A stretch of 64,000 nt of DNA from Eledone cirrhosa (taxonomy: Eukaryota): the NCBI GenBank assembly GCA_964016885.1, contig OZ024751.1:1178001-1242000 (forward strand). The letters are read 5' to 3'. Shown here in pieces: positions 27,530-40,061 of the stretch. Numbering within the stretch: the stretch's first letter is position 1; the number at the start of each line of letters is the position of its first letter. The position numbers were made by a program, and so were the translations under genes. Below the pieces are notes generated by a model. It was not told where the DNA came from. It worked only from the letters and a program-made list of their open reading frames with translations, and made no database searches.

Positions 27530-27885
27530 ATTGTTTCTACTTTTAGCACAAGGCCAGCAATTATACCAGTTTTTTGACTGGTACTTTATTTATCGACCCC
27601 ATAAGGATGAAAGGCAAAGTTAACCTCGGCGGGATTTGAACTCAGATCATAAAGGGATGCAACTCTATGCTGGAAAGCATGGCGTCCGATATATATAATA
27701 ATAATTGTTTTTTCTTTTGGCACAAGGCCAGCAATTACCCAGTACATTACTGGTACTTTATTTTATCGACCCCGTAAGGATGAAAGGCAAAGTTAACCTC
27801 GGCGTGATTTGAACTCAGAATGGCAAGGGCCGTAACTCTATGCGTCAAAGAATGGCGTCCGACCCTCTACCGATACTGCCAATAA
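27530..27885 (-). mobile_element. Two tandem tRNA-derived SINE copies
   Basis: Reverse complement of the family at 10960-11140. Confidence 0.85.
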
Positions 27886-28199
27886 TAATAAGTTGACGGG
27901 ACTAACATGAGTTTCACTGCTAGTACCGGTTGCATCTCAGCATATAAATGAATAAATTACACAAATACTCCAATTTCACAATTGAAGGAGCAATATTTTA
28001 TGTAACTGACGCGTGTTTCGTTAATATGTATGTGATGACATCTAGAATCACTAATCCATGTTTTAGGACAATACGATTTCCAATATGCTGCATCAACAGT
28101 TTTACATATCAACTTGTCAAAGTCGAACAATGTTTAAATTCTAATATTAATATGAACCCCATTGCATGTTGGTCTCTACCAGTGCGGGTAAACAGACGA

Positions 28200-28382
28200 A
28201 AGACAGTAAAAACTAGAAGTAGGACATTGAATCACAACCTATTCTCATACCTACCACAATAGCAACAACAATACAATAGGGAGCATTCCTTCAGGAATCA
28301 TAAACTTAGAAATTCTACAACTTTAGCCAACAAAATATGGGAAGTTGAGGGGAAATGAACTGGCTACTAGATTTCTTGGTCT
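28200..28382 (+). mobile_element. PLE GIY-YIG fragment
   Basis: SFRNHKLRNSTTLANKIWE, homologous to ORF 21234-21590. Confidence 0.7.
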
Positions 28383-28534
28383 TGAGTACTTGATTATTTT
28401 TAAAATGATATAAGAACCACAAGAGTTATCTTTCATTAGAAATATGGTAACAAAATGGTTAGATCAATGCATGAAATCGATAAATAACAGAATCAATTAT
28501 TATTTTAATTCTATCTGTTTTTGTTTTAACGCAG

Positions 28535-28687
28535 ATTTAAATGGTTGCGCTCTGAGCGAGTACACAGATGAAACAGACAGCAATGGATACTCCCTATTGG
28601 CGACAGCCGAGACATATTGTTTAAGAGATGGGGACCAGTTATTTATTAAGAAAGTGGTAGTAGAATCAACAGCTAATGAGTCTAGAT
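28535..28687 (+). CDS. Plexin-like exon, RBD second half: (D)LNGCALSEYTDETDSNGYSLLATAETYCLRDGDQLFIKKVVVESTANESR
   Basis: ttttaacgcag/gtaagc, phase 1-1; LAT..TY.LRDG resembles plexin LNTL.HY.V.DG. Confidence 0.85.
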
Positions 28688-28852
28688 GTAAGCGATTGTA
28701 ACTAGGAATTATTTATTGTGAATATCGTTTTATGTTGTGTATTTCATACCCCCCCCCCCACACACACAAACACACTTACACACAGCCACATACACATAAA
28801 CATGTACATACACACAAACACGCACATACATACATTCTTATATATATATATA

Positions 28853-29030
28853 TATTGTTATACTTTGGGAGGGTCATGCTGCCAATAAAAATACACGCAC
28901 CTGTTGGTTGGTTGGTTCGATAACCGGAAGGTTGTTTATAAATTGTCAAAGCTCTTTCATCACACATTCTGGGACCTCCTCAGTGATTAGGTTTTTATTT
29001 TGTGTCTCTCCTTTGTTCTGTCCTACACCA
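28853..29030 (-). mobile_element. PLE pseudo-LTR terminus with hammerhead at 28945-28987
   Basis: atca-CTGAGGA-ggtcccagaatgtgtgat-GAAA-gagc-TT-tgac; homologous to 63215-63440. Confidence 0.75.
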
Positions 29031-29119
29031 TCACATATATCAATAGGAAGTCATTATATGGTTGTATGAAATATGTACAGACACATTCATGTAGATTTAT
29101 GCATACTCACACAGATATA

Positions 29120-30031
29120 GATGATAATGATGATGATGATGATGTTGATGATAGTAATGATGATAGTGATGATGATGATGATGATGATGATGGCTATTAT
29201 AATGATGATAGTGAAAATATTGATGATGATGATGGTGATATTGATGATGGTGATGGTAGTGGTTATGACGATATTGATGATGATGATGGTGGTGGTGGTG
29301 ATGATGGTTATGATCATGGTGGTGGTTGTGGGGATGATAGAGATGATGGTGGCGGTGGTGATGATAGAGATGGTGGTGGTGGTGGTGGTGGTGGTGATGG
29401 GGATGATAGAGATGGTGGTGGTGGTGATAGAGATGGTGGTGGTGGTGGTGATGATAGAAATGGTTGTGGTAGTGGTGGTGATGGGGATGATAGAGATGGT
29501 GGTGGTGATGATAGAGATGGTGTTGGTGGTGGTGATAGAGATGGTGGTGGTGGTGGTGATGATGGAGATGGTAGTGGTGGTGGTGATGATAGAGATGGTG
29601 GTGGTGGTGGTGGTGGTGGGGGATGATAGAGATGGTGGTGGTGGTGATGATAAAGATGGTGGTGGTGGTGGTAGTGATGGGGGATGATAGAGATGGTGGT
29701 GGTGGTGATGATATAGATGGTAGTGGTGGTGGTGATGATAGAGGTGGTGGTGGTGGTGGTGATGATAGAGATGGTGCTGGTGGTGGTGATGATAGAGATG
29801 GTGGTGGTGGTGATGGGGGATGATAGAGATGGTGGTGGTGATGATAGAGATGGTGGTGGTGGTGGTGGTGGGGGATGATAGAGATGGTGGTGGTGATGGT
29901 GGTAATAAAGATATTCATGATGATGCTGCTGCTGATGATGGTAATGGTGGTGATGGTGATGATAATAGTGATGATGACGATGATGATGATGAATATATTG
30001 ATGATGATATTGATGATGATAATGATGATGA
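29120..30031. repeat. (GAT/GGT)n compound trinucleotide repeat with gatagagatggt higher-order unit
   Basis: Direct reading. Confidence 0.95.
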
Positions 30032-30068
30032 TTTCTACAAGTAATTGTTTGTATTATGATTTTGTCAG

Positions 30069-30130
30069 ATGTCACTCTCGGGGAGTGTGTCTCTGTTGTC
30101 CCCACGGAAGTGAAGAAGCCTTGTCACTTG
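30069..30130 (+). CDS. Plexin-like exon: (Y)VTLGECVSVVPTEVKKPCHL
   Basis: ttttgtcag/gtaagt, phase 1-0; ends KPCHL like plexin KLWHL. Confidence 0.75.
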
Positions 30131-30155
30131 GTAAGTCTACACTTAGTTTATGTGA

Positions 30156-30820
30156 GTGTAACTGTTGAGTGCAACTGTGAGTGTGAGTGTTGAGTCTAAC
30201 AGTTGAGTGCAACTGTTGAGTGATACTGTTGAGTGTAACTGTGAGTGTGACTGTTGAGTGCAACTGTGAGTGTGACTGTTGAGTGTAACTGTTGAGTGTA
30301 ATTGATGAGTGTCGCTGTTGAGTGCAACTGTTGAGTGCAACTGTTGAGTGCAACTGTTGAGTGTAACTGTTGAGTGTAACTGTTGAGTGTAATTGATGAG
30401 TGTAACTGTTGAGTGCAACTGTTGAGTGTAGCTGTTATAATTGTACTAATTATTAATTACTATGATGTTAATTAATAATTAGTATAACATCAATTAATTA
30501 ATAATTAGTATAACGTTAATTAATAATTAGTATAACGTCTATTAATTAATTATTAGTATAACGTCAATTAATTAATGATTAATATAATGTTGATTAATTA
30601 ATAATTAGTATAACCATAATTAATTAACCATTAATATAACGTTGATTGATTAATAATTAATATTCATCAATTAATTAATATAACGTCAATTAATTAATAA
30701 CTAATATAACCCTAGTTAATTAGTAATTATTATAATGTTAATTAATTAACCATTAACATAACTTCATTTAATTAATAATTAATATGACGTTAAATAATTA
30801 ATAATTAATATAATGTCAAT
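30156..30820. repeat. 13-bp minisatellite (actgttgagtgya)n followed by an AT-rich ~25-bp repeat
   Basis: 30156-30436 and 30440-30820. Confidence 0.9.
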
Positions 30821-30838
30821 TAATTCTGTATTTTAAAG

Positions 30839-30868
30839 GGAACGTCTGAAAAATCAAAACCTTTGTCG
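30839..30868 (+). CDS. 30-nt microexon: GTSEKSKPLS
   Basis: attttaaag/gtaagt, phase 0-0, open frame, fills the linker before the GAP C2 segment. Confidence 0.6.
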
Positions 30869-31139
30869 GTAAGTGTTGACTAATTGTTAATTGTTCAGTG
30901 ATAAAAAGGTTTAATATGTTGGACCATTGTCTCGGGTCTCGGGTATTGGGGGTGATGGAAAGAAGGAATTCTACTTTAGACAGTAAAACAAACTGGAAGT
31001 AACAAATCTTTATGGAAAGGGAATGGTAAGAGTGAAAAAGAGAAGTGAGAGAGAGAGTGTGTGAGGGATAGAGTGAGTGAGAGAGAAGGCGAGAGTGAGA
31101 GAGCAACGCTGCTAATAGAGCCACCCATATCAGACGATT

Positions 31140-31726
31140 CCACAAGGTACTAGAGATTAACGGTTACCTAGCTTCTTTCTCCACCCCACGACGAAACCCC
31201 AGGCCCAGAGACCGGCCCAACACAAACAACAGTTGCTTCTTCAAGCTTCAAGATCCCACATCTCAGTGAGGAAACCACCAATGCCATACGCACAGCCATC
31301 ATAAGAGAGGGCTTCAATATCAAACTAGTTCACTCTGGACCTTCCCTGCGAAGATGCCTCTCCACAAGGACCCCCCGCCCCAACGAGGATAATGGATGCA
31401 CCCTAGCCAATTGCCCTATCCGCAACACTAATTGTTGCCTACGTATCTACGTAGTATACAGGCTGGTATGTAACAGGTGCAATCTATTTTACATAAGCAG
31501 AACTATTCGACCGTTTCATCTCTGTATCAAAGAGTATGTTAACACCAACTCCGCTTCCTTCCGTAAACATATCAAATGTGGAAACCGGGACAACATTACC
31601 ACCACAATCTTAGCTACCTAACGCAGTATAGGCACGCTGAGAATTAAGGAAGTCCTCTTAATCAAGCAATTAAAACCTAGGATCAATAATCAAATGGATA
31701 GAAGTGCACCAGAATGGCTAATTTAA
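31140..31726 (+). mobile_element. PLE fragment (RT thumb + GIY-YIG)
   Basis: VLEINGY...CTLANCPI...VVYRLVCNRCNLFYISRTIRP...LRIKEVLLIKQLKPRINN. Confidence 0.8.
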
Positions 31727-32290
31727 AAGCGTGTATTCCAACATCCCAGCGGCCAGTATCATTCTTTCTTTCAAATTAAATCTATGTTCTCACTCGGCAA
31801 ACACACTTAGACTCACACACATACATATATCACAAACATATTTTTTCCTGTTTTACTATATATATATTCGCACACACCTTTCACTACATAAATCTACATT
31901 CATGCACACACATACAAACATCTCACTAAGCACACTTACATTCATAGACACACATGCATATATCATACATTTCACAACGTGGTGGTGTTGTTGTAGGTGG
32001 TGTTGTTGGTGGTGGTGTTTTTGGAGGTGGTGTTGGTGTTGTTGTTGGTGTTGGTGGTGGTGTTGTTGTTCTTGTTGTTGGTGGTGTTTTGGTGGTGGTG
32101 TTGGTGTTGTTGTTGGCGATGGTGTTGTTGGTGGTGGAATTGGTGGTCGTGGTGGTGTTGGTGATCGCGTTGTTGTTGTTGTTGGTTGTGCTGGTGGTCG
32201 TGGTGGTGTTAGTGGTGTTGGTGGTGGTGTTGACGTTTAGCTAGTTTCTATAAAGTCAGTAAAAGTTGGTTATATCTTTTGTTTTTTCAG

Positions 32291-32469
32291 ATGATTGACA
32301 TTCTCAACATGAAGCTTCCTCCTGCTTTGGATGAGCTTCTCCTGGAATTGTTCTCCAAAATGTTGGAGCAGGCAAATGTCGCACCTCCTCTAAAATATAT
32401 CCATAACTTCTTTCTTCATCAAGCATCGAAATTTTCACTGAACGACGGAAACAAATGGACTATAAATAG
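32291..32469 (+). CDS. Plexin-like exon, GAP C2: MIDILNMKLPPALDELLLELFSKMLEQANVAPPLKYIHNFFLHQASKFSLNDGNKWTIN
   Basis: gttttttcag/gtaaaa, phase 0-2; resembles LTRLLATKGTLQKFVDDLF...LAIKYMFDFLDEQA...WKSN. Confidence 0.9.
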
Positions 32470-32549
32470 GTAAAATATTAACATTTAAAATTAGTAATGT
32501 TATTCGATAGCCGCTACTTTTCTGAAGTGAGAGATCACAGCTCCGATAG

Positions 32550-32795
32550 TAAGGGTATGTGGTTAGAATGTCTCAGGAAAGAATCACTGGACAGATTTTA
32601 CGGGCAAAACAAACCAGTAGGAGACCAAGGGGGTAGACACTGGGCAAGATGATTGGATAACATCTACGAGCTTGGCTGGTCACACTTGGGGATCCAACTG
32701 GATCAGTTAGAGATGGTTATTTCTGACAGGAGTGTTTCAGGACTGTGCCCCACAACCTTCTTAGGAATAAGTGGGTGAAGAAGAAGAAGAAGAAC
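32550..32795 (+). mobile_element. RTE 3' fragment with (GAA)n tail
   Basis: VRMSQERI...RRPRGR...LDNI remnant. Confidence 0.6.
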
Positions 32796-33493
32796 AGATG
32801 CTGGTTCATAATGTTAGTGCTATCATATATATATATATATATATTTTAAAATGTTTATTTTCTTAACCTCTCTTACAAATCTTGTAATGTCTTTAATGTC
32901 TCCTTAATGTGAGCCCTGTGTGGCTAATAAAGAAAGCATAATTAAGCCTAATGAGTCAGGTTTGTTCTATATGCAAATGAACATCTCCAGCCGATGTTTC
33001 ATACGAAAATAACAACGACAAATAAACGAAAGCATATAGGTCTTAGCTTATTCTCGTTGCAGTACTGAATGAGTCATCACCGATGACCGAGAAAAATCTA
33101 TGAAACAGCTGTCAGGCATTCTCACCAGCTACTGAGATAGCTGTGACATGATCACGGCTTAAAACATTCATAGTGAGATTCTCGTATGTATATTATTCAT
33201 AAATATATCCAACACACACTCACACATATATGCGTGTGTCTCTGTCTAGGTTTACGTATGTGTGTGTGTAATTCACGTAACATAGCGATTCGGCAAATGG
33301 AGATCGATAAAATAAGTACCAACATTTGAAAAAGAAAAGTACTGTGGTCGTTATGATGGACTAAATGAAGGCGGTAGCCCGGCATGGCCACTGTCAAATG
33401 ACTGAAACCAGCAAACATTATAGAATAGCACAGCTGCTTTGAACGTTTTATCGTCCTCTCTACCATTCTCTCTATCCTTCTCTTTCTCTTCAG

Positions 33494-33638
33494 TTACATT
33501 ATCCAGATGTGTTCACAATTTGTTGCTCACCCGAATATTTTGTTGGATATCCCCTTGGACATGTGTGTTCAAAAACAACTAGCAGCTCTCCAGCTATACA
33601 TTAAAGAAGCTATAATGCATCCTAAATCTATTTCATCG
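33494..33638 (+). CDS. Plexin-like exon: (S)YIIQMCSQFVAHPNILLDIPLDMCVQKQLAALQLYIKEAIMHPKSISS
   Basis: tctttctcttcag/gtaagt, phase 2-0; registers with LPLRFWVNVIKNPQFVFDI. Confidence 0.85.
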
Positions 33639-34872
33639 GTAAGTCTTACGCATTTCATTTCATTCTGTTAAGCATTTCTTCCCGGACGATAAATTCCAAG
33701 GAAGGGTTAGTTTTTATCTTATGTAGCAAATTGTCAGAGTCGTTAGGGCGTCGGAAAGATTACTCGTGGTCTTCGTTCTGACTATATGTGCCCTGAGTTT
33801 AAATTCCGCCGAGATCAACTTTCGAGGTCGATAAATAATGTACTGTATCAGGGACGGTGAATTGGTGGAAGAATTATAAAAATGTTGTTACCGATTTGCA
33901 GTATCTGTTCCAGCTCAAATCTCTTTTCCTGTCATTGAAAAAGCAGGTGATGCTTCTGTTTCTGCCAGGAGTTGCGACCGGTAGATAATACCAGCAATGG
34001 AAAAAAAAAAAATAGAACCCAATGGAACATAGTTTCTTTTGTCAGATATGAAGATCGTCTCCTTTCCTTTACAGATATAGTTCAAGATCTGTTAGAATGG
34101 CAGATAGTATCAGCAATGGAAAGATCAAAGGAATCATGGCTTTCTGTTTTGATCTGTAAAGTTAAATTCTTCCCTTTTTATGTCTACCGAGACGTACTAC
34201 AGAACTTTAAGTGTCTTTTTTGTCTTGTCCGAAAAGTTTGTGTATAATCCTTTTAATATCAACCCACCAATGACTGTCGCTAGGTAGGTATGGACGATCA
34301 ACAAGATTCCGGATCTCATTCGCTCACAGAGTGGGGTGGAATTCGTCAAATTGGACCAAGGAAACAATGTTTTCAGTGATATTTCATTGTTGATACTATC
34401 TATCGGTCGCAACTCCTGGCAGAAAGAGCAACGTGAAATAAAGTGTCTTACTCAAGGATATAACGCATCCCCCAGTTCGGGAATTGAACTCGCAACCTCA
34501 GGATTGTGAATTTAATTCTGTAACCTCTAGGTCACGAGACTAGATCTAATACACCCTCCATTTTGAAATATTAACATTAAAATTAAAACTGCCACTCATA
34601 ATTCTATGTATAAATATATTGTGTTTTGTCTAGTTACCATCTAAATAATTGCCTCTACTTTAGGTCAGCAATTTGAGGTGAAGGGGAAAGTCGATTAAAT
34701 CGACCCAGTGCATTACTGGTACTTTATTTTAACTCCCGACAAATCCCACCAGGCAAAGCTAACCTCGGCGGGATTTAAACTCTGAATGTGAAGGGAGATA
34801 ACTATATACTGAAAAGCATATCCGATGCTCTACAGATACATAATACACACACACATATATATACATATATGC

Positions 34873-34910
<38 letters not shown>

Positions 34911-34951
34911 CCATATATGCATGTATATATATATACTTATATATATATACA

Positions 34952-35424
34952 TGTCTTTCTGGGATGGGGCCTCAGTTACACTTATTATTTTGCCCTTCTT
35001 ATCTCTATAGACTGATGTTTGGTTTCGTCTGAATCTTTTATTAAGCACTTTTCTCTCATCTACCTTCTTCAGGTATCGGCGTTTTTCGCTAACAGCTCTC
35101 AATTCTTGTTTGAGGGTTATCAGCTTATATTGGAGAGTTCTGGTTCTACTGTTACCAAACATCGTCTCTATTTTATTTTTCACTCTTTGTTGGTGAGGAG
35201 TGAAGTTTTATTGTGTTTGTTTGCATGTAAGGAGCATAGTCACATGTCCTATGTTTTATCGTAGGTCAGCACTCTTTTTTTCTATTTTAGTTATATATGA
35301 TGGTATTTTTGGTGGTGTTCCGTTCTTGTTAATATCTCTGCTATCACCAAGATAATGCTTCACTGTTGTTGCTAGGGCATATAAATAGGCGTTGATTTGC
35401 CAAAATGTTGGGGTTTTTATCCGT
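34952..35424 (-). mobile_element. R4/Dong internal fragment
   Basis: Clearly homologous to 949-1373 (KTPTFWQINAYLY; LQYKLITLKQEL). Confidence 0.9.
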
Positions 35425-35491
35425 ATGTATGTATGTATGTATGTATGTATGTATGTATGTATGTATGTATGTATGTATGTATGTATGTATG

Positions 35492-37706
35492 TGAGATACA
35501 AACTGCGTCAGATTCCAATAACACAAAGCTGTTGTACAGTCTCTTGCGTGAGGTTTATGGACCGTCTTCTTCTCTCGTGATACCGCTTCGCACCAAGGAT
35601 GGCAAAGAACTTCTTCGTGACTCACAAGGAATTCTACGAAGGTGGCGAGAGCACTTTGATGATCTTTTGAATCAGCCGTCTGTCGTCAGTGAAGATTTCC
35701 TCAATCTCATTCCAGAAAGTCCTGTGAAAGTAGCTCTCGCAGAACCTCCGACGCTTGTGGAGGTTGCAGTGGCTATTTCGAAGCTGAACAGTGGAAGATC
35801 TCCAGGTATGGATGGCATACATGCTGAGCTCCTACAATATGGTGGTGAGAGACTCCTGCAACATCTTCACTCTTTGTTTGGCAGGATATGGGCTAATGAA
35901 TCCGTACCTGAAGACTGGAGAGATGCAGTAATGGTGGTCTTGTACAAGGGAAAGGGTAACAGGAATGATTGTGGGAACTACAGAGGTATATCATTGCTTT
36001 CTGTCGTGGGGAAAGTTTTATGTAGGGTGTTTCTGGACCGTCTGCTGACACACATTGCAGATTGTGTTCTTCCTGAAAGTCAATCTGGTTTTCGTGCTGG
36101 ACGCGGCACTACTGATATGATCTTCTCAGCTAGACAGCTCCAGGAGAAGTGCATGGAACAAGGCTTGGATCTGTATCAGGTTTTCGTCGGTCTGACAAAA
36201 GCTTTCGATACTGTTAACAGAGATGCATTATGGAAGGTTCTCCAGAAACTTGGTTGCCCTGATAAGTTCCTTGATTTAGTTAGGTCTTTCCATGACGACA
36301 TGAAGGCTTGGGTTAATGTCAGAGGTAACATGTCGGAGCCTATCTCAGTAAAAAATGGAGTGAAACAGGGGGATATTCCAGCACCGACCCTGTTTGCCAT
36401 ATACTTTGCAATGGTTTTCTGTATTGCATTCAGGAATTGCGAGCATGGTGTTTACATCCGATATCAAACCTCAGGCAGCATATTTAACATCAGGCGCTTT
36501 TCTGCAAACACAAAAGTATTTACATCAATCATAAGAGACCTCTTGTATGCAGATGATTGCGATCTTGTAGCGCACACAGAGAGTGATATGCAGCATATTT
36601 TGAATGCATTTTCTGACGCTTGCACTGCCCTAGGATTGACTGTCAGTCTCAAGAAAACCGTCGTCATGTACCAACCTGCCCCTGGTAAGCAGTACACTGA
36701 ACCAAACATCTATGTGTATGGCAAATGACTTGGAGTGGTTGATCAGTTTGTCTACCTGGGAAGCACTGTCAATCGATACAGCAACCTTTACAGTGAAATC
36801 TCACTTAGGATTAGGAAAGCTAGAAAGGCGACTCTGGGGTCGGCGAGACATATGCAGGAGGACAAAAGTAAAGGTGTACAGGGCATGTGTGCTCTCTTGT
36901 CTTCTTTATGCCTGCGAGACCTGGGCCACATATCGACACCACCTTAAGCAATTGGAGCGTTTCCATCAGATGTGTCTCAGACGGATCCATGGCGTTCACT
37001 GGAGGGACCACATCAGTGATGTCGAGATTTTGGAAAGCTCTATGTGTGACAGTATAGAAGCTCTTGTGCTTAAGCAACGACTCCATTGGAGTGGTCACCT
37101 TGCCAGGATGAAGGATTCTAGAATACCAAAACAAATCTTTTATGGAGAGTTGGTAAAGGAAAACGACCACCACATAAACCAAAAAAGAGGTATAAGGATT
37201 CCTTGAAAGCCTCTTTGAAAGACGCTAACATCTCTGCTGATACATGGGAGAATATTGCTGCTGATCGTAATAAATGGAGAAAGACTGTATATGAGGGAAA
37301 AGTTGCCTTTGAGGCATCTCGAATCGCATACGAGAAAGTAAAGCGGGATGTGAGGAGGGGCATTGCTGTTGCACTTCCAGACGGCAAGGGTCCTCCTATG
37401 GTGCTGACAGGCAGCGTCTGTGCGAGACTCTGCCTAAGACAAGCTGGACTCGAAAGTCATCTTCGCAGTCATAAAGTAAGACCAGTGGTTGACTACCAGG
37501 CTGCTGTTGGAGATGCTACTCATCATGCTTGCCAAACATGTGGTAGAGAATGTAAATCAGCAGGAGGGCTCAAGCGACATGCAAAAGTACACGAACTCCA
37601 ACCACAGCCGACTATTCCCAGTGAATGTTTTGGTTGCCGACTCTGTGCAAGACATTTTAGATAATTGACTGGGCTAAAAAGCCACATTCGATCGCAGCAC
37701 TGTTAG
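35492..37706 (+). mobile_element. 5'-truncated RTE/BovB-like LINE with three C-terminal C2H2 fingers
   Basis: CGNYRGISLLS, LPESQSGFR, GVKQGD, LLYADD, YACETW; fingers at ~37410-37700. Confidence 0.95.
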
Positions 37707-38521
37707 TTGCTATCGTGTGTGTGTGTGTGTATATATATGCTTATGTGTGTGCGTGTATGTGTATATATATGTATATGTATATTATTATTGTTGTTGTCGT
37801 TATTATTATTGTTGTTATTATTATTATTATTATTATTGTTATTAATGTATGTGTGTGTATATGTGTATGTGTATGTATGTGTGTATGTATATATATATAT
37901 ATATATATATATTATGTCAGGTCACCACTTGGTGCTACTGGTAACATGTATCCCAGTACAACCTGTCTCATGGTCGGGTCGTTGGCGACTAAACTGGCAA
38001 CCCCACCAAGGTTTCTTGGTGAGGAGGGTGACTTTGGACATCCTGCAGGACTAAAAACAAAACCTGTCAAAGGGCAAAGGAGCTCTTAAGAGTCAATGGC
38101 CATCCAAAATCATTGGGAGAGATGACCCCTTAGCCTTTGTCAAGGCAGAATTCTAGGAGAAGGAAAACTCTGATATAACACCTGCAACTCTGATGGTATC
38201 CAATGATGTTGACTTGTTCTTCTTTTTGGTAAATATCATCTTGGTTAAGAGAGTGGGACTGGCTTTGTGCAGTGCCTTTGCTCACTATAAAAGCTTCACG
38301 GCACAGGCATTGCTTTATATCTGGAGATCTCTCTGCACTTGTCGTCACATGGTACCAAAGGCAAAGCACTATGTGTCAATAATTGTCACAAGTGTAGTGT
38401 TTGTACCAGAGTTTTCAAGTCGCTGGCTGGACTAAAAAGTCACACTCGTTCAGCGCATCGGTAGGGGTTCTCCTACATGGATATAAAGTAGTGGCCGTAC
38501 TCGAAAACGAGTTGGCAGCCA

Positions 38522-38592
<71 letters not shown>

Positions 38593-38702
38593 TCATTTTT
38601 TATTTTTATTTTATTTTTTATTTATTTATTCATTTTTTTTCTCCTCGGGCAATGGCCATACTCGATAACGAGGGGGCAGCCATCATCATGTATGTATGTA
38701 TG

Positions 38703-38760
<58 letters not shown>

Positions 38761-38999
38761 TAATGTCCTGGGTATGACATTAAACTACAACCAGTGAAAA
38801 GGCTCCAGTTCGGGAGTTCAGGAGTTGTGGGGAATGTGGAGTTACCCCTTAGTTGTCATGACTCCCAGGTCTGCCCTGGCCCGGGGTAGTAGTACCTGTT
38901 AGGGCTCCATTTATGGGTTAAATAACTACCATATTCGAGTGGCGCCGGTAAGGTATTGTCAGCCATTGAAAAGAAATCTCGGGAATGTTACCTGCCTTA

Positions 39000-39040
<41 letters not shown>

Positions 39041-39045
<5 letters not shown>

Positions 39046-39312
39046 ATAAAGATCCGAAGGCATGGTATAAATTTACAATCATTTTAATCACGACACATGT
39101 TTCAATAAGAGATAGATCGATCGTGTAGCCATTATCGGTTATCAATGATCTCGCCAGGTGAAAATGAATTGTCTTCAAATCCTTGATATGAGGGAGAAAA
39201 TTAACGATGTTCACTCACAGAGTTTAGTCCCTCGTATGAAGATCAAGCAGTCAAAACATCGTGATTAAAATGATTGGAAATTTATACCATGCCTTCGGAT
39301 CTTTATTCTGAT
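39041..39312. mobile_element. Small fold-back PLE remnant with hammerhead (39088-39161, minus)
   Basis: 39041-39103 inverted at 39253-39312; tcac-CTGGCGA-g...att-GAAAC-ATGT-GTC-gtga. Confidence 0.75.
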
Positions 39313-39459
39313 ACAAATACTCCGTTTTACAGCATCTAGCTGTTCCCATAAATGGAATTGGAGATAAACAAAAGCGTGGAGAACTTAATATTGCTAACAA
39401 AAATTTATTGGACCGTTTGACACAACCAATAATACACCTTACTATATAACAACTATATG

Positions 39460-39549
<90 letters not shown>

Positions 39550-39576
39550 TATATACACATATATATATATACATAC

Positions 39577-39914
39577 ATGGCTTAGTGGTTAGAGCATTGG
39601 CCTTGCAATCAAAAGGTTGTGAGTTCAATTCTCAGACCGGGTGATGTGTTGTTTCCTTGAGCAAGACACTTTATTTCACATTGCTCCAGTTTACTCAGCT
39701 GTAGAAATGAGACGATAGGGATTGGGGTCCCTGTCATTCCACTGCAAAGTGGTTGTGGAGGTGCCACGGCAAAAAAGCACCCAGCACTCACTGTAAATGA
39801 GGTTGGTTGGTGTTAGGAAGGGCACCCAGCTGTAGAAATCAAGCCAGAATCAGTTCCCGTCCCACACTTGCAAGCAGGGAAAAGCGGACGTAAAATGAAA
39901 TGATGATGAAATGA

Positions 39915-39915
<1 letters not shown>
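39577..39915 (+). mobile_element. tRNA-head SINE with RTE-derived 3' tail
   Basis: A-box tggcttagtggtt, B-box gagttcaattc, ccttgagcaagacact core, tail matches RTE 3' UTR; copy at 62575-62890 (-). Confidence 0.88.
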
Positions 39916-39960
<45 letters not shown>

Positions 39961-40061
39961 GTAAAAGCGGACGTAAAATGAAATGATGATATACATATAT
40001 ATGTATATATATATATATATATTTATGTATATATATATATATATAATATATATATATATAT

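Noticed and set aside
29000-30168. Long Gly/Asp-, His- and Pro-rich ORFs
   Set aside because: Artefacts of a stop-free trinucleotide repeat inside an intron.
39577-39645. tRNA gene
   Set aside because: The A/B boxes are a SINE head continuing into core and LINE tail; no complete cloverleaf.
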